A DNA stretch of 64,000 nt, taken from assembly GCA_051599415.1 (NCBI GenBank), contig AP039689.1:372001-436000 (forward strand). The letters run 5' to 3'. The notes under the pieces were generated by a model, which searched no databases, was not told where the DNA came from, and was given only the letters and a program-made list of their open reading frames with translations. This document shows, piece after piece, positions 42,542 through 52,912 of this stretch. This stretch comes from Savitreella phatthalungensis. Taxonomy: Eukaryota. The position numbers were made by a program, and so were the translations under genes. Positions within the stretch are counted from its first letter, which is position 1; each line of letters opens with the position of its first letter.

Positions 42542-43159
42542 TCACGATAGCATAAGGTCAGCGAGTTCCTCCATCTGACGATCTCGTACGTCTGGCAGAT
42601 TCGCTTTCCAGGTCGTCAGCAGTGCCGGAAGCTGATCAGATCGGCACGATTGCCACTGCATCTTCTTCAGCCGCACTTCGCGCTCAGCCTCGACGACAGC
42701 ATTCTTGACGGTCGCTTGTGCTCTAGAGAACGATGTAAGTTCGGCGTTGCCGACCGGCTGTGCGCTGTGAAGACGCTCACTTGAAGCGCTGAAGTAGTCC
42801 GACATCATTTGCTCGTGCAGGTTATTCAGCGCGTGGACGCCTCCGACGAGTTCGCTAAGAAGATGATCGATCTGTTGCCGACAGCTTGTGACACGCAAGT
42901 CAGCAGCTTGGAGCGCTCTGCTCGGTGTTGTCTCCGCTGACATAGTCACGGGCGAGCCATGTCCCATAGCAGCATCAGCGGCAAGATTTCGCCGTTGCCG
43001 AACATTTTCCATCCTACGAGCGTTATTCCGCTGCTGTTCGGCATTCAAAAGCATTTGCAAGGTATCGACCAGATTCTGCCTGAGTGCATTGCTTCGGGCG
43101 GTGATGGCGTCTGCATGATGCAGATGTCTCGTCGCTAGGGCGTTGAGACTCGCGCTCAT
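42542..43159 (-). CDS. Hypothetical coiled-coil protein
   Basis: About 205-aa helical ORF from ATG 43159 (MSASLN) filling the gap between PSF1 and RPL9; no family recognised. Confidence 0.55.
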   Translation of the reverse strand: MSASLNALATRHLHHADAITARSNALRQNLVDTLQMLLNAEQQRNNARRMENVRQRRNLAADAAMGHGSPVTMSAETTPSRALQAADLRVTSCRQQIDHLLSELVGGVHALNNLHEQMMSDYFSASSERLHSAQPVGNAELTSFSRAQATVKNAVVEAEREVRLKKMQWQSCRSDQLPALLTTWKANLPDVRDRQMEELADLMLS

Positions 43160-43710
43160 GCACCTTTGACGGAGAAGAGGAGATAGCGGTGACGTGCACA
43201 GCAGGTATATACTGTATAAATGATAGCATATGGATAGGTGTCCCGTGTGGAGCCGCCCCACTCGATGATTGCACGTGCCGACGCAGTGTTGTGCATCCGC
43301 AGGCTGATATCCGTTCACTTGGAGTTCTCAGTGTTCTCTGTCTCTCTCAACCTTGATATGCGCTTCGATGCACATACCCCTTTAACATGTTGATATATGA
43401 GGAATCTCAAATCTCAAGTCTGTATCTGAATCCAGATCGGGATTTCCAAGCCTGCATCAGCCACTCGCAATAATTCTTTCATTCAGTTAAAACTGTATCC
43501 TTGATCAACTTCCCACGCTTTCTTTCACAAGCATTTTCTACTCTCAATTCACTCACGCACACACTGGCATGCACGGGTTGCATGGCACACAGCACGGTCA
43601 CCCATAGCCGTAGCTTGCACTAATCGTCCTCATACACCACCACCACCGCAGGTCCAGTACAATAACTAAAGACGTACGTCAACATCAACTGAACTAGTAA
43701 TTCGTACATC

Positions 43711-44280
43711 ATGCGTTCCATCCAGAACTCCGAGGTCCTTTCAATTCCAGAGGGTGTCACCGTTGACATCAAGTCTCGCATCGTCAAGGTGTCCGGCCCT
43801 CGCGGTCAGCTCACCAAGAACCTTCAGCACATCTCCATGGTGATGCGCAAGGTTGATGCAAAGACCCTTCAGTTCCGCGTCTACCACGGAGACCGTAAGC
43901 AGAATGCTTGCCTTCGCACCGTTCGCTCCATCATCGAGAACATGATCACCGGTGTCACTCGTGGCTTCCGTTACAAGATGCGTTTCGTGTACGCTCACTT
44001 CCCCATCAACGTCAACTTCATCGACGACGGCAAGACTGTCGAGATCCGCAACTTCCTTGGCCAGAAGGTTGTCATGAAGGTGCCAATGCTCGAGGGTGTT
44101 ACGGTCGAGCACTCCAAGGCACAAAAGGACGAGCTGATCCTCGAGGGCAACTCTCTAGAGAACGTTTCCCAGTCAGCTGCTGCTATCCAGCAGTCGTGCG
44201 CCGTCCGCAACAAGGATATCCGTAAGTTCCTCGACGGTATCTACGTCTCCGCCCGTGAGACCATCGCTGCCGACGAGTAA
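43711..44280 (+). CDS. RPL9: 60S ribosomal protein L9 (uL6), intronless
   Basis: [46 protein letters not shown]; strong C-ending codon bias. Confidence 0.98.
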   Translation: MRSIQNSEVLSIPEGVTVDIKSRIVKVSGPRGQLTKNLQHISMVMRKVDAKTLQFRVYHGDRKQNACLRTVRSIIENMITGVTRGFRYKMRFVYAHFPINVNFIDDGKTVEIRNFLGQKVVMKVPMLEGVTVEHSKAQKDELILEGNSLENVSQSAAAIQQSCAVRNKDIRKFLDGIYVSARETIAADE

Positions 44281-44612
44281 ATTTCGACGCTTTGATGAAC
44301 CCATTATTACACGGCCATGTACTTATACGACCCACACTTCCATATCTCCTTCAAAAAGCACCACCACGATCTCATGATCCTAGATCTGCCAGCATAGCTC
44401 GACCGCCCTTATACGCGATGATGCTTTCTTGGGCACATCAGAACCTTCTTTCATTGCGAGACACAAACATCGTCCGAAAGAAGCTCCTCTTGTCCGTGTC
44501 CCTGATGTCTTCGCCTTGAATCGTCTCGATGCAACCCTTCTTGTCCATTGCTCTCCATTCGCACGCCCCAAGTCGTGGTAGTACAATGCATTTCAATCTA
44601 ACTCATCTAATC

Positions 44613-45251
44613 CTACATAAGTACGCCCTTGGTGCTCGGCACGTCATCCTTGCCCGTCGATGAGATGGCGTCTTTCAAAGCAAGCGCCATGGCTTTGAAG
44701 GCACTTTCGGCGCGGTGATGATCGTTGAAGCCCTTCAGACAATCGACGTGGAGTGTGATGTGGGCTTCCATGGCAAAGGATTCCATCACGTGTGGAATCA
44801 TCTCGCAGCTCAGATCCCCAATCTTCTCCCGCTTCAGGCCCAAGTCGATGCTTGCGTGCGGCCGGTTCGAAATGTCGACCACGCACCGGGACAAGGCCTC
44901 GTCAAGAGGAGCAAATCCGGTACCAAAGCGTTTTATACCCTTTACCGCACCGAGCGCCTGTTTGAAGGCGGCGCCAAGGGCAAGCGCGCAATCTTCAGCT
45001 GTGTGATGGTCGTCAATGTGGAGATCTCCTTGACATGTCAAGCTCAAAGACCAGCCGCCGTGCTTTGCTAGCGCATGCAGCATGTGATCCAAGAAGCCGA
45101 TGCCAGAATTTACTGAGATCTCCTGCCCGCCTGTCTTCTGTGAAGCGTGCTCAGAGCTCACCTGTGATGCAAGCGAGCCGCCGTCGAGAGACAGACTGAT
45201 CTCGATCGATGTTTCATTCGTCTTGCGAGAGACCTTTGCCGTGCGAGCCAT
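44613..45251 (-). CDS. HIS3: Imidazoleglycerol-phosphate dehydratase
   Basis: [53 protein letters not shown]. Confidence 0.98.
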   Translation of the reverse strand: MARTAKVSRKTNETSIEISLSLDGGSLASQVSSEHASQKTGGQEISVNSGIGFLDHMLHALAKHGGWSLSLTCQGDLHIDDHHTAEDCALALGAAFKQALGAVKGIKRFGTGFAPLDEALSRCVVDISNRPHASIDLGLKREKIGDLSCEMIPHVMESFAMEAHITLHVDCLKGFNDHHRAESAFKAMALALKDAISSTGKDDVPSTKGVLM

Positions 45252-45471
45252 TCTTATCGCGAGAATCTTCTATCTCTATCTTGACTGACTGCGTGCGTAG
45301 GGTTGGCCTTTGTGCATTTCCTGTCGCCGATCAGGACCACAGTACATTTCCAATGAGCTCCACACTTCTTTGACATCATCCGTGTGTACCTGTCTTTTAA
45401 CTTTAGCCAAACAGAGCTGCCCGCGAGGATTCGACGCAGACCCCTGCGGGTGACCAGTCCCTTCACAATGC

Positions 45472-47208
45472 ATGGCTCCGCGTCCAAAGAAGCGTGTGCG
45501 TCTGTCTCGCATCGATACAGACACGCCTGCCCGGAGTGATGTAGATAATTCAACTGGCAGGGATGAGTTTGATGACTTCGAAGCTGCGCCCGGCCCGCTT
45601 GCGTCACGCACTGCAGGACCTCAGAGGCTTGCGACAGGGTCCTTCCATACAGGCGCTATACGAGGTGGACCTTTGGTGTCGCGACAGCGACCCACAGACA
45701 GGAGCGAATCAGAGCGCCTCGATGAGCCGCAGAGCACAAGAACACCCTCAACAGCACGGAGGTCAGGTACGAGGTCATCAACAGCGGCTCGAATCGCAGC
45801 TTCTCGATCTACAAACCCTGCACGAGCACGAGGGAGACGACATGCAGATGACGTTGGAGCTAGCACAGCTGCGCAGAGCACACCCTCAACCATCTCTCAC
45901 TCGCCGCCCGAGTTCGACACAGAGGCAGTAAGCATCGAAGCACAGCCTGACATCGACACTGATTCTGTCGCAAGCTCCAGCACGTCCGACACAGACTTCC
46001 AGGATTCCGAGCGAGGATTTTCTGATGGCAGCTCGATAAGTGCGGATGGTAGGCTCGTGGACACACCATCGGATGATGATGTTGACACTCGCCATTCACT
46101 GAGTGAGGATGAGAGTGAGGCCGACGAATCCGCCGCAGGACCTGTGCACAAGCCGGTCAAGCTGCGACACATGAGTCTGTGGGACTGCATCGCGGGAAAT
46201 GCTCGAGTGCAGCGATTCCGCAGCAGACAACTAGCCTACGATGTCCATGACACCACGTTTGACGGAGCCGCCGTAGGCGATGCAGACTTCGAATTCGAGC
46301 AGGCCAATATGCGGGAATCAAGCCGATCTGGAAATTCAGCACGAATGTCCCGAGGGATCTCTGCCAAAGATATGCGCCGTGCTGCGGTCTGGCACCGGTT
46401 GCTGCCCGCGGAGTTCTTGGCCTCGAAGCAAGGCGTGGCACTTCATCATCTGCCAGATGTTGATGCTCATCTGCGAAGGCAAAGTTCCGGGCAGACGCGG
46501 ATCGATCATATGCTGCCATCTTCTGACTTACTCAATGCCGTCCACGGCGTGGCCAGCCGCATGTATGCTGAGCGTGCAATTGTGTTACGACAGCAGCAGG
46601 TCGCGCTTGCTCGTGCTCCTGACAACCGCAAATCGTCTAGTGCGAATGCGGACGACAATACTCAAAAGGGAATAGAAGGCGTCGATAAGAAGCGAAAATC
46701 TTCTGCTGTCACGAAAACAATTCGCCCGATCGACCAGGACTTCAGATTCCTTGACGAGACCGTCCTTCTTGGCATTGGCGTGCTCGTAGAAGAACTCTGC
46801 CACGAGGCACTAGGTCTCACAGGGTCTACTGCTTTCTCCGAAGATCAAATTGGGCAAGCACAATCCCAATCAGAGCAGATGACTGCCCCAGAAACGCTGG
46901 CTACGAGGCTTCAGCGTGTCTCACGCGAAGTTTGCTCGCCGCGTTCGCCGACGAGACAGTCTCAACCAACGACTCCTGAAAGGATTTCTCGACAGTCATC
47001 ACCAGTAGGCAGCAGATCTAGAAGCGTGTCAAGAGCACGAACACCTGTCGAGCCGCCTGAACACATTCGGCCATTGACTCCGCTCGAAGCGGCGAGAAGT
47101 GAAGCTGTCGAATCTGGTCACACCATTCCTTCTCAGGCGCCGCCACCGCGACTTCCTTTATCACCGGCACGGAGACGTCGTACTAGTATTCGGCCTGGCT
47201 TTCGATGA
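45472..47208 (+). CDS. RNA polymerase I UAF subunit Rrn10-like domain within a long disordered protein
   Basis: SLWDCIAG..., LPSSDLLNAVHGVASRMY and FLDETVLLGIGVLVEE resemble the Rrn10 motifs (PDSDLL.ALH.YAS; DET.L..LG.L.E). Confidence 0.6.
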   Translation: MAPRPKKRVRLSRIDTDTPARSDVDNSTGRDEFDDFEAAPGPLASRTAGPQRLATGSFHTGAIRGGPLVSRQRPTDRSESERLDEPQSTRTPSTARRSGTRSSTAARIAASRSTNPARARGRRHADDVGASTAAQSTPSTISHSPPEFDTEAVSIEAQPDIDTDSVASSSTSDTDFQDSERGFSDGSSISADGRLVDTPSDDDVDTRHSLSEDESEADESAAGPVHKPVKLRHMSLWDCIAGNARVQRFRSRQLAYDVHDTTFDGAAVGDADFEFEQANMRESSRSGNSARMSRGISAKDMRRAAVWHRLLPAEFLASKQGVALHHLPDVDAHLRRQSSGQTRIDHMLPSSDLLNAVHGVASRMYAERAIVLRQQQVALARAPDNRKSSSANADDNTQKGIEGVDKKRKSSAVTKTIRPIDQDFRFLDETVLLGIGVLVEELCHEALGLTGSTAFSEDQIGQAQSQSEQMTAPETLATRLQRVSREVCSPRSPTRQSQPTTPERISRQSSPVGSRSRSVSRARTPVEPPEHIRPLTPLEAARSEAVESGHTIPSQAPPPRLPLSPARRRRTSIRPGFR

Positions 47209-47582
47209 CGAACAGATGATCTTGACTCCTCGCGCCGAGACCTTCACAATAACTTAATGACAAGACACATAGACAGCGATGGGCGGCTTTCATGAGACGT
47301 TGTTGATCCAGGCAGCCATGATTCTTTCCGAACCGTGCATACGAGTGAAGCCTTTATTGTTTTCAGCGCCCAAAAAAAAGTTGAACAGGATCGTAGCTCG
47401 ATCCAGGATCATTTGACACTATACTACACTGTGTACTATATACTACACGCTGTTACTAACACAAGTAGGGTGAACACGTTGAGGGGAAACACCCGACGAT
47501 CATTGCTCATCACCCTAAACTCAACGGACCTAGAATTGTCTCTGCTTGTTTTTGACACGTTACCGGCACACACCTAGCTGCT

Positions 47583-49019
47583 ATGCTCGATCTATTGAGC
47601 TTTATCCAGGAGAAAGGTGGAGACCCTGAGGCCATTCGGGAGTCTCAGCGGCGGCGTGGGGCGCCAGTCGAGGCAGTCGATCAGGTCATTGAGCAGTACA
47701 AGACCTGGACTTCGGAGAAATTCGTGCTTGATGGAATCAACAAGGAGATCAACGCGCTCCAGAAGCAGATCAGCCAAAAGATGCGTGCAAAGGAGGATGC
47801 ATCAGAGTTGCTCGCAGGGAAGCAGAAGCTCGAGGCCGACAAGCTCAAGCAGACTGAAGTCGAGGCTGCTGCAGAGACGAAGCTCAAGCGCACCGCAATC
47901 TCCATTGGTAACTTGGTCCACAGCTCTGTGCCGGTCAGCATGGACGAGGACAACAACGAGATCATTCGGACCTGGACGCCTGAGGCAGAGACTGGCAAAG
48001 TGACCGCGACCGTGTCTCGTAAGATCAAGGCTGAGGACGGTACGGAATCGACACAGGATGAGTCGATCTCAACGGACATCTCGCCAGAAAAGAAGCAGTG
48101 TCTATCACACCACGAGGTCTTGACCCGCATCCACGGTTACGACCCAGAACGCGGTGTGAAGATTATCGGTCATCGCGGTTATTTCCTCCGTCAGTACGGC
48201 GTTCTCTTCAACCAGGCTCTGATCAACTACGGACTGACATTCCTCGGCAGCCGAGGTTACATCCCATTGCAGACACCTCAGCTGATGAACAAGGACGTGA
48301 TGGCCAAGACGGCACAGCTCGAGCAGTTCGACGAGGAGCTCTACAAGGTCATCGACGGCGACGAGGAGAAGTACTTGATCGCTACTTCGGAACAGCCAAT
48401 TTCTGCATACCACGCAGACGAGTGGATCGACAACCCTGCAGACCTACCAATCAAGTACGCAGGCTTCTCGAGCTGCTACCGTCGCGAGGCCGGCTCTCAT
48501 GGCAAGGACGCTTGGGGCATCTTCCGTGTGCATCAGTTTGAGAAGATCGAGCAATTCGTCCTGACTGCGCCAGACAAGTCTTGGGAGATGTTTGACGACA
48601 TGATTGGCCATGCAGAGGCTTTCTACCAATCGCTACGGATTCCATATCGTGTTGTCGCGATCGTGTCTGGCGCGCTCAACAACGCGGCCGCGAAGAAGTA
48701 CGACCTCGAGGCATGGTTCCCGTTCCAAGGAGAATACAAGGAGCTTGTATCATGCTCTAATTGCACAGACTACCAATCTCGTCGGCTTGAGATCCGATTC
48801 GGCCAGAAGAAAGCCAACGAGAGGGAGAAGAAGTACGTGCACTGTCTGAACTCGACCTTGTGTGCAACGGAGCGCGCACTCTGCTGCATCCTTGAGAACT
48901 ACCAGACACCCACGGGAGTAGTAGTTCCTGAGGTTCTCCGTCCTTTCATGGGTGGCGCCACCTTCATTCCTTACACGAAGGACTTGCCGAAGAACACGAC
49001 AAGCGCCAAGCGCAACTAG
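47583..49019 (+). CDS. SES1: Cytosolic seryl-tRNA synthetase
   Basis: IGNLVHSSVP, LSHHEVL, YLIATSEQP, SSCYRREAGSHGKDAWGIFRVHQFEK, ELVSCSNCTDYQSR, HCLNSTLCATER. Confidence 0.98.
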   Translation: MLDLLSFIQEKGGDPEAIRESQRRRGAPVEAVDQVIEQYKTWTSEKFVLDGINKEINALQKQISQKMRAKEDASELLAGKQKLEADKLKQTEVEAAAETKLKRTAISIGNLVHSSVPVSMDEDNNEIIRTWTPEAETGKVTATVSRKIKAEDGTESTQDESISTDISPEKKQCLSHHEVLTRIHGYDPERGVKIIGHRGYFLRQYGVLFNQALINYGLTFLGSRGYIPLQTPQLMNKDVMAKTAQLEQFDEELYKVIDGDEEKYLIATSEQPISAYHADEWIDNPADLPIKYAGFSSCYRREAGSHGKDAWGIFRVHQFEKIEQFVLTAPDKSWEMFDDMIGHAEAFYQSLRIPYRVVAIVSGALNNAAAKKYDLEAWFPFQGEYKELVSCSNCTDYQSRRLEIRFGQKKANEREKKYVHCLNSTLCATERALCCILENYQTPTGVVVPEVLRPFMGGATFIPYTKDLPKNTTSAKRN

Positions 49020-49054
49020 GCCATCGCTTTGACGGCGTGCGGGAGATTAAAATT

Positions 49055-50287
49055 CTAAACCATGGTTGATGCATCATCAGCTGTCCCTTTGATCCCTGTT
49101 TCGGATATCAACACAGCCTTGTCCTTCTCTTCCATATCGGTGTCCGCGTTCACGCTTGTCTTCACCGTAGGTGTATCCCCAGTCGCTCGCTCGCTAGCAT
49201 GAGCTTTCATGAGCTTGTGTAGCTCTAGCAGGGCGTCGATCTTGTCATCGTCCATCGTCGCCGCATCAGAAGGACCTTTGCCAGCTTGCTTGAGAACAAT
49301 CCGGCGCTTGTGTCCGTCGACGATGCGCGTCCACGACGGCGTTCCGCCGGATGCTGTTGTGAATGGTCGGGAGATGGGAATAGGGACCACAGGGACCTGT
49401 GCTCTTTCGAGCGCCCGAATTGACCGTCGCAGCGCGACTGTCGCGGCCTCGAGCGCATCGAAATACCCCTGTGCGTGTGCCTTGAACCCTGCCGCCCTAC
49501 CCTTCTGTGTCGACACGTTGTCAGTCATTATGTCAGGAATCCCTCGAAAGTCTCCATCTCCGTTGGTTCCAGCATCAGCATCATCATCATCAAATTCTCC
49601 ACGGCCATCGAGGCCGGCCTCTTCGTCGTCGCGCTCGACATCAACAGCATTCCGCGGCTCACTTCCGGAGTGCTCTTCTTTGCCGCCGACGCCACCTTTG
49701 ATTCCCAGGGAGTCGACCAGCGTGTTGAGCGGAATCCGCGCTGCTGGATGTAGGCATGCGATCGCAGCTCCGGCTTCCGAAAGACATTGCGATAGCAGCA
49801 GTTCGACAGTGTCGAGCTTCGCCAACCGGTCAGATAACGTAACCACTCGCCGCCGCTTCGCAGGCCGATCGTCACTTTCGTCGTCGTCATCGTTCTCTTC
49901 ACCTTCTTGCTCTCCCTCGTTCGCTTTCGGGCTGGCGATCTCGTTATCAGAGATATCCATGGCGTCGTCTGCTGTGGTCGGTGGAACAGGGCTCGGAACT
50001 GCGCCTGATGGGTCTTCAGGTCGCTCATCCAACTGTGATTGCGACTGCGGTTGCGATTGAGACTGGGACAGTGAAACTGCGGCGGAAGTGTCGTCCAAGG
50101 GAACGTCGGCAAATAAGCTCTCTGGTGATGCATCCGACTCTGCGGCTACAGACGCGGCTGCAGGGGACGTTGTTGTGGTTGGATCCTTGAGGTTGTCGTC
50201 ATCGTCGATCTCAATCACGGCAGCCGCCGGTATTTGCTGGCTTGCTCTCTCTTGCCCTGAGGCTGATGAACCCCCGGGCGTTGACAT
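49055..50287 (-). CDS. MED11: Mediator subunit Med11-like, with long acidic extensions
   Basis: LSDRLAKLDTVELLLSQCLSEAGAAIACL...FKAHAQGYFDALEAATVALRRSIRALE matches the Med11 two-helix pattern; ATG at 50287 (MSTPGG). Confidence 0.65.
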   Translation of the reverse strand: MSTPGGSSASGQERASQQIPAAAVIEIDDDDNLKDPTTTTSPAAASVAAESDASPESLFADVPLDDTSAAVSLSQSQSQPQSQSQLDERPEDPSGAVPSPVPPTTADDAMDISDNEIASPKANEGEQEGEENDDDDESDDRPAKRRRVVTLSDRLAKLDTVELLLSQCLSEAGAAIACLHPAARIPLNTLVDSLGIKGGVGGKEEHSGSEPRNAVDVERDDEEAGLDGRGEFDDDDADAGTNGDGDFRGIPDIMTDNVSTQKGRAAGFKAHAQGYFDALEAATVALRRSIRALERAQVPVVPIPISRPFTTASGGTPSWTRIVDGHKRRIVLKQAGKGPSDAATMDDDKIDALLELHKLMKAHASERATGDTPTVKTSVNADTDMEEKDKAVLISETGIKGTADDASTMV

Positions 50288-50501
50288 CCCGACTTGCCTA
50301 CAGCGGGCACGCCGGGCTTCTCGCGCTTCTCGCGCGTTAATAACTTCTGCGCTCACTTGACTTGACTTTTCCGTGTGGAGATTTTCGTGGCGATTTCGAG
50401 CCCACAGCAACCTCGATGTCAATGTCTACATATTTCGAGATTGCACGAATGTTGCTCAATTGATGGCAAGGGCGAGGGCTAGTGGGAAGAATCTCGATGC
50501 T

Positions 50502-50556
50502 CTTATGCTCATACTCATACTCATGCTGATGCTGATGCTGATGCTCATGCTCATAA
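50502..50556. repeat. Hexanucleotide microsatellite (CTCATA/CTGATG/CTCATG)n
   Basis: cttatg ctcata ctcata ctcatg ctgatg ctgatg ctgatg ctcatg ctcata, between the NGL stop and the MED11 start. Confidence 0.85.
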
Positions 50557-50620
50557 CTACTAATCCAAGATTAGTCTGAAACGTAATCGCTCTTAGACCA
50601 TATGCTTGAAGGCTGGGTCA

Positions 50621-52135
50621 TTACAGGATTTCAAACTCCGCCATGATACAACAATGGTCGCTAGGGAACTGACCTTCAATTGGCTGTCCTTTCTCGATGC
50701 TGGAATCCAGGGGCAACTGTAACAAGCCGCTGCATCTGATTCGCTCAGACATCCGCTTCGAGGGCGGCTTAGACGACTCTGCCGCACAAGAAGCGGAGCC
50801 ATGGTCTGCCTCAGCGAGCTCAACTGCCGCTCGATCTTGCCCTCTGCCCAAAGTATGTGGATGAACGGACTCGACAGTGTAAATGTAGTCAAGCGTGCCA
50901 CGATACTTCGGAGCGAAGTTTGTGCATTTAGGCTCGCCACACTCCCGAGTATTTTCAGGATGGATGTTGCGGTAGTGCTCTCCGTATTGGCTCTGGAGTC
51001 TCGGCAGCTTGACGATATCGTCGATAAGTCGCCGCCAGGCAGGCTGTCCGTCCACTGAACTTTCCTCAAATGGATGAGGCGCACTGTTAGAGCTCCAAGA
51101 TTCGTCCATGATTCGTGTGCCCTGTTCGTTTAGCTGGAAGGGTTTCTGATCTCCTGATTCTGCTTCATCGGGCATCGAAGTCGAAGTACCCCGATCTACC
51201 GCTGTGGCTGCCAGGTAGGTTGGATCGATCGGTTCAGTATTAAAATCTCCTGCCATAATGATGTTGCCACCATTGTCAGCTTGCTCACGATCTGTGGCAA
51301 GCGTCTCTTCGATGAAAAGACGCATCTGCCGAGCGCGCTCTGTTGTACCTTTTGGATGCCAGAAAAGATGTGTGGTGGCAAGCGTGATGGCCGTGTCCGT
51401 CTGCTTGTGCTTTAACACGGTGAATAAGCCACTGTTGTTGGTTGGCTCTGGTTTCTGATTCTTCACCTGCTTGTTCTGTGGGAGATGCAGATCATATGCA
51501 AGCGTATGCTTGTGCACGAGCTCGAATGCGTCCCTCTTGGCACCGATCAGCAGCCCGTGGGTTTTATCCTCGGCCTTGTAGAAATGATGAACGTAGCCAC
51601 GCGAGTCGAAGAAGTCTCGAAATACAGGGTCGTACATCTCTTCGCCGCACTCTTGCATACAAATTACCACTGGATCGTAGTGTGCCAGCTCAGCCTTGAG
51701 AACCTGCTGGCGATTCTTCCATTTGAGAGCTTCGCCAGAATCAGGATAACCCTCCCGGCGGACGAGTGACTGAGCAAGAACATTGTAAGTCATGAGAGTA
51801 AAGCAGGCGCGAGATTTCAGTGTTTGAGATGTGGCATTCGCAAGCTTGACAAGGTCACGCTTGATGAAGCTGACGTTGAAACCAAATGCGTTCATACCTT
51901 CGGCTGGCACCGTATCTTCACCTCTAGCTCGCTTCTCCGCCCTCTCCCTTTTCTTTGCCTCTCTCTCTGCTCGTTTACGTGCTATCTCGTCATGGGATTG
52001 ATCTTTGGTAAGTTTGTCAGGACCGAGATGATTGACTTTATCCTTTTGTGATTGAGCAGGGTTTTGTTGATGAGAGCTGTTTGGGGTTGTTGTACCGCTG
52101 GTGAATGGCGTGTGTGCCTGTGAGCCTTCACTCAT
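50621..52135 (-). CDS. CCR4/nocturnin-family exonuclease Ngl (EEP domain)
   Basis: MTYNVLAQSLVRR, ICMQE, TTHLFWHP, AGDFNTEP, GTLDYI, FPSDH. Confidence 0.9.
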   Translation of the reverse strand: MSEGSQAHTPFTSGTTTPNSSHQQNPAQSQKDKVNHLGPDKLTKDQSHDEIARKRAEREAKKRERAEKRARGEDTVPAEGMNAFGFNVSFIKRDLVKLANATSQTLKSRACFTLMTYNVLAQSLVRREGYPDSGEALKWKNRQQVLKAELAHYDPVVICMQECGEEMYDPVFRDFFDSRGYVHHFYKAEDKTHGLLIGAKRDAFELVHKHTLAYDLHLPQNKQVKNQKPEPTNNSGLFTVLKHKQTDTAITLATTHLFWHPKGTTERARQMRLFIEETLATDREQADNGGNIIMAGDFNTEPIDPTYLAATAVDRGTSTSMPDEAESGDQKPFQLNEQGTRIMDESWSSNSAPHPFEESSVDGQPAWRRLIDDIVKLPRLQSQYGEHYRNIHPENTRECGEPKCTNFAPKYRGTLDYIYTVESVHPHTLGRGQDRAAVELAEADHGSASCAAESSKPPSKRMSERIRCSGLLQLPLDSSIEKGQPIEGQFPSDHCCIMAEFEIL

Positions 52136-52912
52136 GGCATGAGACCTGGTCTCTGCGTATGGATCGAGAGATGATGAAAAGAGTGATTTGTGTAAGATGA
52201 AGCTCTGTAAGAATAAAAGGAGGAACGTGTAGAAAGAAGGCTTGGGGGGTGTTGTATGAATGTAAATTAAGTTTATTTGATCAAGTGTATGACGTTCATC
52301 GACCTTCGTTCAGTCAGTCATTCATTCATTCGAACATGATCAATGCATGATGATGATATCCTCGTACGTTCGTGCGTTCATGCGACATACCTGCATGGAG
52401 AACAAAAGTGCTGTATGCATATAAATTTGAGTTTTGAACTTTTATAAATTTACTGTAGTTTCAATTTCTGGTCAAGATTGAGGTATTATAAGAATTCATT
52501 TATCAATTAATTTATATAAATGTTGGTAGGTACCATGTGTGTGCACGTGTGCATGATCAGGTTTCCAATTTCAACTACGTACAGATCTATGCACATATTA
52601 ATTCATACAGTATATTCTGTCCAGCATACAAAGTACAGTACAAACTGTACAGTACAGACGCAGCTCATCCAGATCAATTTATGATACTGCCTGTGCATCG
52701 TCTGCCAGACTTGCAATCATCACATATAATGACATGACACGATGGGTTCCACACCACGTAACGTGTACACACACCAAAAGGACAGAGCTTTGATTCCACA
52801 GAGTCAATTACGCAAGCGCATATACACACTAGCATACAGTAACAACAACATTCATACCGGATACATCACTTGAGTTGCGCAGATTCTTTGATTTCTCCTA
52901 TTACCTTCAGTC

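Noticed and set aside
49209..50133. Long alternative-frame and antisense ORFs within the MED11-like gene
   Set aside because: Ser-rich mirror translations of acidic low-complexity coding sequence.
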